From Bugula neritina (lineage: Eukaryota; Animalia; Bryozoa), in NCBI GenBank assembly GCA_964035545.1, contig OZ037771.1, forward strand, positions 12,771,133-12,835,132: 64,000 nucleotides of DNA, read 5' to 3'. The notes below the pieces were generated by a model. The model did not search any database and had not been told where the DNA came from. It saw only the letters and a program-made list of their open reading frames with translations. The position numbers and the translations under genes are program-made. This document shows positions 41,433-52,300 of the stretch, in pieces (position 1 is the stretch's first letter; each line of letters begins with the position of its first letter).

Positions 41433-44400
41433 TGTCACAAATTCTGAGTGTACATATACCTATAAATAGACTTACCGGGTTTTTCCTAATGATTATACAG
41501 GAATGTTCATAAATATTCTAGACTAATCAAAGAGATGGGTCATTGTTCATTGTTACTGTTTTGGTTAGTCATGTTAACTACTGCCCAGCAATGTAAACAA
41601 GGTATTGCGCAATAATTGCGAAATAACCATGGAAATTCCAATGTTTTGTTTTGTTTGATTTTCTATAAATAGTATTGGCATGTGGAGAATGTTTTCTACT
41701 AGAATCTTCTATACTGGAATGCTTGAGAATGTTCTAGAGTGTTTTGTTTACTATAAATACTGAGGCAGTTGTGTTTACGAATCAGTTCCTTTTTATAAGT
41801 TCATTCTTGGAGTTCATTTTAATACATTCATCTGTGCATATCTTACTAGAGAAATAAAGTATACTTATATCCACAACTCTATTTATTCACAACTGGATTA
41901 GCAAGCTGTATACTACTTGTCTACACACTTCTGACTACCAGACTTTTCGAACTCGTCACACTGCTACCAACAGTTTTGTGACAATTGGGGGCTGCTCCGG
42001 GAAGTCTCAGTCGCACACAGGGAAGTTATTAGTTACAACGTGAGTATACACAGGATTAATTAACAGTTGTTGAGACATTATGGCGTTGTTGGAGAGAGTG
42101 ACACAGATGGGTAAAGATCTTGGATTAGTGGAGGACAAGCTCGTAGCTTTTGTTGAAAAGAACTTACCCATTGTTGCTGCACAAGAGGAAAAAGAAAAGG
42201 ACCGAGAGGAAAAAGAAAAGGACCGAGAGGAGCGTAGATTAGAGCGTGAGGCAGAAAAGATCAGGCAAGAAAATGAGAAAGCCCTAATGGAGATGAAGAT
42301 AAAAGCTGATCAGGAGGCAACGGCATTCAAGGTTAAAGCTGATCAGGAGGCAATGACACTCAAGATAAAAGCTGACCAGGAGGCAGAAGAGAGAAGACAA
42401 CAACATGAATTAGATATGGAAAAGCTGAAAGCTAACACAAGTTTGGAGCACTCAAGACATGAGAGCACCAGGTTAGAAATAGCTAACAAACCAAAACCAA
42501 AAATACCATTCTTTGATGAGAAGGTGGATGAAATGGATAGCTATTTAGAGCGGTTCGAGTGGGTTGCCGAAGGATGTAACTGGGACAAGGGAGATTGGCC
42601 CTACCATCTCAGTCAGTACCTAAGAGGTACAGCAACAGAAGCTTACATCCGGTTGTCACCTACCGATCGTAGAGATTATAAAAAAGTCAAAGAAGCATTA
42701 TTGGAACGCTTTAACTTGACTCAAGAGGGCTACAGAAAAAAGCTCAGAGAGGCAGAAGCTTACGAGGATGAAACTCCTGCCCAACTGTTCACTAGGATAG
42801 AAAGTTATGTGCACAAGTGGGTGGAGCTTTCAGGGGGCATGGACATAGCCAAACTAGTGGCGACTGAACAATTTATATCATCATGCCCAGACGACCTTGC
42901 TGTGCATTTAAAGCAAAGTTCCTACAACAGCAGTGAGGATATGTGTGATGCAGCGTCACTGTTCTTGCACGCTCGTGGAAGGAAACTAGCAAAGACAAAG
43001 AAAACTAATACAAAAAGAATGGAAAACACACCTGCCGGTAGCATGAATGCTGAACAAGGAAGTAAAAGCGATGGTGCATGCTTCATCTGCAAAGATAAAT
43101 CACACATTGCTCGTAACTGCCCACGGCAAGGGAAGAAGCACTGTTCACATTGCAAGATGAACAACCACAATACTTCAGACTGCATAAAGTATGGTGGGAG
43201 GTCAGTGCATGCTGCAGCTGCAATAGCGACTACTCAGAATAAGACTGTGGTCACAGATCCAGGAATCTCATCTAAAGTGGAAGAACCTACGGAAATCACA
43301 GTTAATGGTAAAAAGTTTATCAACGCTGCTGTCTGCAAGAATGGACCTAAATTCAAAGATGGGGGCACAGCGATATTTGATGCGGAAGTTAATGGCCAAC
43401 GAGCTACTGTAATGCGCGACACCGGCTGTGGTTGCATTGTAGTCAATGCAAAGTATGTGCAACCTCAACATTTAACTGGAGAGTCAGTTTATCTGAAAAT
43501 GGCTGATGCAAGTGTTAGGGAGGCTCAGTGGGCACTTATCTCAGTGCGCTCACCATTTTACAATGGCGTTGTCAAAGCTGCAGTAATGGACAAGACGATT
43601 TGTGACCTGCTTATTGGGAATGTGGTTGGAGCGAGATCAGCTGACCAGCCGCTGGAAAACTGGAAAGACTGCGCCGTAACCACAAGAGCTCAAGCTGTCA
43701 AGGAAAAGTCAGGAGACAAACCACTGATGGTTGATTCAAATGCTAACCCATTAAGTATAGGGAAAGATGAGATAGCCAGAATGCAGAGGGATGACCCCAC
43801 ATTGGAACGTTTCTTCGATGCAAAAGAAGTGAAGGAGAAAAAGGGATGCACCACTAGGTTTGTGGTGAGGAATAAGATTCTGTACCGTGAGTACACCGAC
43901 TCGAAGTCTGTCAGTGTAAAACCTGTTAAACAACTCATGGTACCCAGTTCTCTGAGGAAGGAAGTTCTACAGAAAGCTCATGACTGCATAATGAGCGGAC
44001 ACCTAGGAGTAAAGAAAACCACTGATAGAGTGCTTTCCAACTTCTTCTGGCCAGGACTAAACGGAGATGTCGTACGTTTCTGTCAATCATGTGACATTTG
44101 CCAGAAGACGGTGAAAAAAGGCTCAGTCATGAAAGTTCCAGTACAGGAAACACCACTAATTGACACCCCATTCAAGAGATGTGCAATAGACCTAGTCGGA
44201 CCAATTAACCCTCCAAGTGAGAAAGGACACCGCTACATCCTAACTTTAGTTGACTATGCTACAAGATACCCTGAAGCTACACCATTGAAGAACATTGACT
44301 CAGCTACTGTAGCTGAAGCGCTGCTTGACATATACAGTCGTGTTGGGATACCAGAGGAGGTGATAAGCGATCAAGGAACTCAATTCATCTCGGACTACAT

Positions 44401-45851
44401 GAAAGAGTTTACCAGATTACTTGACATGCGACAACTTCCTACCTCACCATACCATGCAATGGCCAATGGACTTGTGGAAAAGTTCAACGGAACCCTCAAG
44501 GGTATGTTAAAAAAGTTGTGTGCTAAAGAGCCAAGACAGTGGCATCGGTTCATCAATGCGGCTCTATTTGCATATAGAGAAGTCCCACAGGAATCAACAG
44601 GCTTCGCCCCATTCGAGTTACTCTATGGAAGAACTGTACGTGGACCAATGTACATCCTGCGACAACTTTGGACAAAGGAAGACACTGCCGATGAAGTCAA
44701 GACCTGCTATCAACATGTTTTTGAATTGAGAGAGCGTTTAGATGACATGATGGAAATGGCACTAGCTTCGCTAAAAGACAGTCAAAAAAGATACAAACAC
44801 TATTTTGACAAGAAAGCTAAGCAGAGAGACTTCAAACCTGGTGACAAAGTGCTCATTCTTCTACCTACGGATGGAAATAAATTGCTGATGCATTGGCAAG
44901 GACCATTCAATATTGAGGAGAAAGTCAGACTGAATGACTACATTATCAACATTAGAGGCAAGAGGAGAACATACCATGCCAACATGCTGAAGAAATACTT
45001 TGAACGGGAGACGCCTACCGACTCTATGACTGCTGGAGCTGTGAGGACTCTAGATGCTGCTGGTGCTGGAATTATTGATCACGATAAGGAAAGAGAAGAA
45101 AGCCAAGATGATTTGTTGGACCTGTACAGTAAGAAACAGCAGAATGATGAGATGGGCTATGTATTTGCAGAACTTCAGAATCAAGGTGGAGTCAATCAAA
45201 GGAAAGGACAATGTTGGAGCCGATTATCTAAGCCGAATTGACTCAGAATTTTAAGTAGTTAGGAGAAATGATCAAGATAATTTCTCTTAGAATGGGGGGT
45301 TGTCACAAATTCTGAGTGTACATATACCTATAAATAGACTTACCGGGTTTTTCCTAATGATTATACAGGAATGTTCATAAATATTCTAGACTAATCAAAG
45401 AGATGGGTCATTGTTCATTGTTACTGTTTTGGTTAGTCATGTTAACTACTGCCCAGCAATGTAAACAAGGTATTGCGCAATAATTGCGAAATAACCATGG
45501 AAATTCCAATGTTTTGTTTTGTTTGATTTTCTATAAATAGTATTGGCATGTGGAGAATGTTTTCTACTAGAATCTTCTATACTGGAATGCTTGAGAATGT
45601 TCTAGAGTGTTTTGTTTACTATAAATACTGAGGCAGTTGTGTTTACGAATCAGTTCCTTTTTATAAGTTCATTCTTGGAGTTCATTTTAATACATTCATC
45701 TGTGCATATCTTACTAGAGAAATAAAGTATACTTATATCCACAACTCTATTTATTCACAACTGGATTAGCAAGCTGTATACTACTTGTCTACACACTTCT
45801 GACTACCAGACTTTTCGAACTCGTCACACTGCTACCAACAGTTTTGTGACA
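41433..45851 (+). mobile_element. Gmr1-type Ty3/Gypsy LTR retrotransposon, internally deleted (no RT)
   Basis: 551-bp LTRs at 41433-41983 and 45301-45851 (TGTCACA...TGTGACA, no differences seen by eye). 5-bp TSD GGGGT, tRNA-Pro-like PBS TGGGGGCTGCTCCGGGA, and PPT AGAATGGGGGG. Confidence 0.97.
42080..45241 (+). CDS. Gag (capsid, 2 CCHC knuckles)-protease-integrase polyprotein, 1053 aa
   Basis: DSYLERFE gag motif, CFICKDKSHIARNC, CSHCKMNNHNTSDC, protease RDTG, integrase HDC..GHLG..CDIC, IDLVGP, SDQG, NGLVEKFN and WQGPF. No YxDD RT motif is present. Confidence 0.95.
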   Translation: MALLERVTQMGKDLGLVEDKLVAFVEKNLPIVAAQEEKEKDREEKEKDREERRLEREAEKIRQENEKALMEMKIKADQEATAFKVKADQEAMTLKIKADQEAEERRQQHELDMEKLKANTSLEHSRHESTRLEIANKPKPKIPFFDEKVDEMDSYLERFEWVAEGCNWDKGDWPYHLSQYLRGTATEAYIRLSPTDRRDYKKVKEALLERFNLTQEGYRKKLREAEAYEDETPAQLFTRIESYVHKWVELSGGMDIAKLVATEQFISSCPDDLAVHLKQSSYNSSEDMCDAASLFLHARGRKLAKTKKTNTKRMENTPAGSMNAEQGSKSDGACFICKDKSHIARNCPRQGKKHCSHCKMNNHNTSDCIKYGGRSVHAAAAIATTQNKTVVTDPGISSKVEEPTEITVNGKKFINAAVCKNGPKFKDGGTAIFDAEVNGQRATVMRDTGCGCIVVNAKYVQPQHLTGESVYLKMADASVREAQWALISVRSPFYNGVVKAAVMDKTICDLLIGNVVGARSADQPLENWKDCAVTTRAQAVKEKSGDKPLMVDSNANPLSIGKDEIARMQRDDPTLERFFDAKEVKEKKGCTTRFVVRNKILYREYTDSKSVSVKPVKQLMVPSSLRKEVLQKAHDCIMSGHLGVKKTTDRVLSNFFWPGLNGDVVRFCQSCDICQKTVKKGSVMKVPVQETPLIDTPFKRCAIDLVGPINPPSEKGHRYILTLVDYATRYPEATPLKNIDSATVAEALLDIYSRVGIPEEVISDQGTQFISDYMKEFTRLLDMRQLPTSPYHAMANGLVEKFNGTLKGMLKKLCAKEPRQWHRFINAALFAYREVPQESTGFAPFELLYGRTVRGPMYILRQLWTKEDTADEVKTCYQHVFELRERLDDMMEMALASLKDSQKRYKHYFDKKAKQRDFKPGDKVLILLPTDGNKLLMHWQGPFNIEEKVRLNDYIINIRGKRRTYHANMLKKYFERETPTDSMTAGAVRTLDAAGAGIIDHDKEREESQDDLLDLYSKKQQNDEMGYVFAELQNQGGVNQRKGQCWSRLSKPN

Positions 45852-46524
45852 GGGGTCAAGGGTATGATGAGACAACTCCCAAGCATAATACTATGAGAGC
45901 AGTTATACTTAATTTATTGTATTATATTGTATAGTTGTATGCAGCCTTGCAACTTCCTAGTATATTATTATATGAGCAATAGTTCTTTAGGGAATAATTA
46001 TAAAAAGCATCAACTTTGGCTAAATACCTGTGCATATTATGCAATATTATTATGTAATTGCAATATGATGTAATAATACATCCTAACTTTAAAATAAAAA
46101 CCTATTATTATTATGTCAGATTGAAGTAATGCTCCAGTATTTTCAGTAATTTTATACAATGTCAATAATATTATGCAAGCAAATAAATAGTATGATACTC
46201 TTTTACTTTCAGTTTTTGTTGCTTTTTTAAGTCTATGCATTCCTTGTTCAAGAGACATACATGTAACTGATGTATTACTATTATATCAACAATATATTGG
46301 TAATGTGCACAGATTGAGTTATAATGCCCTCACTATTTGCTCAGAAATGAGTTATACTTCATTGATTGACAACTTTAAATTCAAACCTTTTAGCATTAAA
46401 TTATGCAGAGTGACTTAACTCCTGGAGGTACTTGAGTACCCTGGCTTGAACCTACACACTTATGGGTAAAAACATAAGTTTACTCTATAGTGAAAGTGTA
46501 GGCAATGGTGGGCCCACTCTCTTC

Positions 46525-46567
46525 TGTGCTAATGAGAGGACAAATCCCAAAACAGCCGTTGTATGCA
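46525..46567 (+). ncRNA. Degenerate second copy of the hammerhead-bearing repeat
   Basis: CTCT.TTCTGTGCTAATGAGAGGACAAATCCCAAAACAGCCGTTGTA..ATT.A.G.TATATACAT aligns with 37972-38040. The core is mutated (CTAATGA, AAAA). Confidence 0.6.
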
Positions 46568-46762
46568 TATTGAAGTATATACATATCTAGAAAGAAATCG
46601 TTCTATTGCTATAGTTAATTTATGCATAAGATAAGTATATGACAGTAAAATATGTGTTGTGTAGACAGCTGCCTCTTTGCTTAGATGCAAAACAACAAAT
46701 ATACATTTCTATATATGAATAAAAAATGTTATATAATGGAACTAATATAGTCATTGTTTAGA

Positions 46763-46925
46763 ACAGGCGACTGTTCGACAGGCGACCCCAGGACCGGATG
46801 CGGCCCAAGTAGCCTACATTTATGTGTCCTCAAAGGCATAGCCAAAAAATTGTTTTACGAGGTAGCCCTTGCCACAGGATATTTTATTTTAGTGACCTTC
46901 GCTCTGAAAAGGTTAGACACATCTG
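46763..46925. mobile_element. hAT-like MITE remnant
   Basis: Subterminal GGACCGGATGCGGCCC and terminal AAAAGGTTAGACACATCTG resemble hAT/Charlie ends. Confidence 0.45.
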
Positions 46926-47259
46926 GTTTAAAATATGGCTTAGTCGAGTGATGTCAACTGTAGGATTACTAAGAACTGCATAGCTTTGTTGTACGTAGTT
47001 CCTTCAATATTTGTTTTATAGTTTTAAATTTTACAACAATAGCTAAGCTCATTAATCAATCTATCATTAGAGTTACAGACCTAGAAATGATAAGGTACTT
47101 TAACACGATGTCGCCCATTCAGTATACAGCAAGTTTTATTTCTAAAGCTCTAGTTAAGGGTTGTCTATTCGAATCTTGAAAGTTATATTTCGTAACATAG
47201 CAGGCAAAATTCTATTGATAGCTGCGTCGCTATTTATATACATACAAGTGTAGAAATAT

Positions 47260-47398
47260 CAGAAAAGCCCGAATGTTCGGACGCCATGTTGTTCGATCAG
47301 CGCGCCTGCACTATTGGGTCCAATTCTGACACACGATAAATAATAATATTAACTACTTTTTAGGTGTAATATTGGCAACATTAGCAAACGGCGTGAGT
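47260..47398 (+). promoter_or_regulatory. Probable promoter and non-coding first exon of the zinc-finger gene
   Basis: CpG-containing patch with YY1-like CGCCATGTT (47282-47290) and a strong donor GTGAGT at 47393. An acceptor at 49357-49358 precedes the ATG at 49384. Confidence 0.4.
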
Positions 47399-49383
47399 TG
47401 TTTTTAAGAGCGGTAACGTAAAATCTATTTTAGAAAAGCAACACTGGGTTCATCTAGGTAGCTATTATAATTAAGTTTAACGTTATTGATTATTTATAAT
47501 TATCGGTTGCATTTTCTTTTTCCATCAATGATCAATCACGGTGATGATCAAATTTATTAATAAAATTAAATATATTCTTATTCTATTTTATTGTGTCTAT
47601 TGATATGTCAAAATGAATATCAGTATTAATATAATACTAATAGTTTCATGTAATTATAATGTTGAAGTTTATTAATATTAAATTATTAATAACATTGCCA
47701 ACCTTAGTGAGTTAGCAATCACACTCAGCTCACAGTCACACTCACTGTCGGTGAGTCACTGTCAGTGTCACACTCACTCTAATTAATATTATAATCTAAT
47801 AGTGATACTAGTACTAATAGTAATAGTACTTGAACTTTTATGCTCAGACTTGTAGTTGTACTCATACTGATAGTGACACGGATACTCATACTCATACAGT
47901 GATACACTGATACAGTCAGATGCAAGTCATTTCCGTTTCGTACACATCTGATAGGTCATTTTGTAGTCATTATGAGTAATATAAATTAATTAAAATACAT
48001 AATTTCCTGATATTTATTTATTATTTAATGTATAAGTTATACAGTACTGCTCACTATTAACTTGCACATGTCATGTGTGCATGTTTTATATTAATAGATT
48101 GATATAAAGCGGGTGCAGGCTATTTTATATATGAAATGACTTATGTACGAAACGACAGTAAGTGTAACCATATAAAACATTGATCAAAATAAAACCAATC
48201 AATAATCATATAAATATTAATGTATTTATCATAATGGATAATAGATTTTTATAAAACATTTATCATTAGCTGACATAAGCAAGTGTGATGGATACATGTT
48301 GGAAGCAATAACTATGTAAACTGGTATCATTCAAGTGGTTATCTAGTGGATTAATTCATTATTCATTTTGTCTACGAAATGGACAGCAGTTTGTGTTCAA
48401 AACCACAGTAACCCATAAAGTCATGGTCATATTCACTCATACTTGTACAGTTGTAGTTTCAGTCATGCTGAAACTCACAGTAATAGTTATTGATATTTAT
48501 ATTGAAAATTAATAAGATAATGATATTTATCTTGATTATTGTGGTTTACTTTTTTCATATCGAAAATAAAATGTATATTCATATTGAATTTGATTCTAAT
48601 GGTAAAACTTAAACTAAATGTTTGTTATTGTTGTTCACTTTAAGTTCATGCTGATACTTATACTTAGATTCAGTCTCACAATTATAAACTATAATTGTAG
48701 ACCAAATTTTAAATATGATTATAACTAAGATTTGCACTAACAGTAACTGAAACTCTGAAAGTAAGTGTACTACTAGTACTAGTAGACTACTAGCAAGAGT
48801 GACTGTGATTGATAAGCTAGTCGTGAGTAATACCCAGTATGTATCTAGCTGCAGTATGCCTATAATCATTTCTCAATGTGTTTAATTTCCTATAAACATC
48901 TCAATAGTTGCACTGTGTTGCTATACTAAGGAATTACATGATGCCTTATGTGCAAGCTAGTCCAGTTATTTACTATTGCTACTAATAATAGTCTTATTCT
49001 ACCTCACAATTGCGACGTCATCTACACTTCATAAAATTATACACCGGCTAATACTACACTAGCTAGCTAAGTGATTACAGTCACTCTGGTTAAAGACCCC
49101 AACTAAATTATCGTAAAATGTTGTACTTCTATTTGCTTTATAGCTAATTTTACTCTATACAGTTTTTTTCTCAATACATCAATGCAAAATTAATAAATTA
49201 TCTAATGGGTACATCTCTCAAGTAAAGTTATAAATAAATATTTTACTTTGACATACAAATACTGTAATAATGTCTGACTGGAAATGTTTTTTTTTAATTT
49301 TTTCAAAGTTTTAATAGATATATTTTTCAACAAGTTGTATATATCAATGTTATTTTAGAGTCAATAGTTGGGGTTGAATCAAC

Positions 49384-52300
49384 ATGCATAGTCATCGTGG
49401 GGGCTATGGAGACATAGGTAGAGGAAGTTTTTCTGAAAGAGGCCGAGGAGGTTACATAGATCGTGGCAGAGGCAATACTGTATCTCGTGGAAGAGGTCAC
49501 TTTACAGAACAAGGAAGAGGGGCTGCATTTAGCGGCGGAGGCATCTCAGGTCCTCCGCCTCGAGGTCCTTTTGGCCCTCCAGGACGTGGTGCTCCTGGCC
49601 CTCCTGGACGAGGTGCCCCTGGTCCGCCAGTACGTGGTGCCCCTGGTCCTCCAAGGCGTGGTGCGCCTGGTCCTTCTGGGCGAGGTGTGCCTGGTCCTCC
49701 GGGACGTGGTGCTGGTCCTCCGGGACGTGGTGCTGGTCCTCCTGGACGAGGAAGCTTTGCTAATCAAAGAGGAAGTTTTGGAGACCAAGGCAGCGGTGAA
49801 TATGGAGAGCAAGGGAGTAGTGGATATGGGGAGCATGGAAGTGGTGGATATGGGGAGCATGAACGTATAGGGTATGGGGAGCATGGAAGTGAGGGATTTG
49901 GAGAGCAGGGAACTAGATTTGGCCATGACAACAGTAATTTTGGTGACAATGGACAAGGTGGGTTTGGACAGCATGGTAGGGGTGGTTATGGGGAGCGTGG
50001 AAGAGGTGGATTTAGAGAACGTGGCCGAGGTAGTTTTGGGGAAAGGGGGAGAGGTGTGATTATACCACCAGGTCCTGGCGGATTTCGCTTTCCGCCGCCA
50101 TCTCATCATTGGCCTAGACAAACTGCTCCTGTCTCTTCAGGTGCTAGTTCTGAGTCAAAAGATCCAAAACCTGTTCTGATAACAGGTAGATATAAATGCA
50201 AATAATTTTGCATTGCTTTAAAATATTTTTGATAATCTTATGCTTACAAACAAATGTAATGTGCTCTTAGTATGCTTAGCTTTAGTGTTGTTTATACGTT
50301 ATGATTTATTTAAACCTAAAATGATTTGCAGTAAAATTATGTGTGCTTACCATGTCACACATACTGTGTAAAGTATTTAAAATATTATTTAAATTTAAAT
50401 TACCATAGATGTATTGCATTATGTATTTGTAGCGCAGACTAAGTTTCAAGTTGCTGCCCAAGTAGCTAGTGCACAGGTTCATCCTTCCCGTGTGTTACCA
50501 CAAGGGATTGAAGCTCCTGGCCCTCGGCCTGCTGTTCCTATTGAATCTGCTGAGTACAGAGCTTGGTATGAAAAATGGTATCGATACAGTCAGGCTACTG
50601 GGGATATGAGCTATGAAGAAATTCAGACTGCTGCTACTACTCCATCATCTAGCGATAATGCATCCAGCTACGCTCATGAGACTTCTCATACAGATACTTA
50701 TACCGAAGCAACAACCAATTCCGGATTTGCTCCTAAGCTCACATCACAACCAGAAAACCAACAAGTTTCTAGAAATCCCATATCTACTGCAGAATATGAA
50801 CATAGTCAAGATCAGAACTTTCAACCAGTAACATCGTCGAATGCCTACCACAATGAAAGCAAGTTTTATAATTCGTCGGAGCAAGAAGGTAAAAGTTATG
50901 CTATTTCTTCTAAGACTTACAGTGATTCGTATGCAGAGGAAGACAGTTATGTGGAGGATCAAAGCAATAGACATGTTCAAGGAAGAGATGCTCATGGTCA
51001 AATTGATGATCATAACAGTCGAGTTGTTTCTCAGAAAAATACCAAGTACCCACAAGGTTTCGGAGGGGAAGGAGATGGTGATAACTTTGCAAGAGGTTAT
51101 GATAGCCATGAGGGTGTTCATTCAATCACATCTAACCAGAACTATGATCAATTCTATGACAACTATCCTGATCATATGAAACGTAGCTCTACATCGGAGT
51201 ATGTGAACAAAGTATCAAGCTCTAGCAGTTTGCCATCTACTGTAGCACCGTTACAGGACGTGTTTCATAAAAATCAGGAGCAAAATATTTTATCCACATC
51301 TCAGAGCTCAATGCCAAACAAAGAAAGGTTTGGTTCTGAACGTATGAGCATGCCTGTTGCTGACAGATATAAAAACGAAGCTCCTAATACTGTTGGGCAT
51401 AGTAATACGGAGTCTGGCCATCGGCTCACCAATAGAGTGGGCAGTCAGACTTTTTTCCAGTCTAGCCAATTTAATGAACAGAATGCCTTCAACGCCAGAG
51501 CACCAGGCAATATGCATCAGCCCACTACCAATTCTAACAATAGTGAAAACACAAAGCAAGGCAATTCAAATAGCCCCAAAAAGTTGAACACTGAGTTAAC
51601 TAGAAAATTTATGATGGGGTCAGAGGGGGCCCCTGATCAAGATGCTATTAATAAAGTTATGGGAGCTGCTATGAAAAACAACCCTGCTCTAGTGCAGGAT
51701 ATTATGACAAAAATGTCTTCTGGAAATATGGATTCGGATGCTATGGCTGATGCTATGAACAAGATAATGGAGACCGCAATGAAGGCTAGCAGTCACACAA
51801 CCTCAGATGATTTTAAAACTAAAAGCAGTTATATGCCTAGGCAAATGGGACCCCCAGATACCTATTTGGCATCAGATTATGCTAAACCAGATGACTCCAA
51901 GACATTTTCGAGAAATTTTGAAGTTTCAATAGATTCCAATGCAACAAATCGAAACTTCAGTGGATCAATGGGAAATATGCTGGCCAAGAAACCGGATAGT
52001 ACGGAACTGCAACCAAGAAACCCAAGACTTCCACAATTAAATGAACATGCTACTTCTCACCAGAGTAGTGGTTCTAGCGGTATGAATAATTCATTTATGG
52101 GCAATCCATTGATGAATGTGCAAAATCAAGGAAGAAATGTGCTGGACAATGGCAGCAATCAGATGACAAGTATGAGCCAAATTCAAAGGCAAAACTTCCA
52201 AACAGAAATGATGTCTAAATCTGGCAAAATGCCAACAAATGTTTCTTCTCAGATGGAGGAAATGTCTAACATTAGTTCTCAGTTGGGTAGAATGCCAAAC

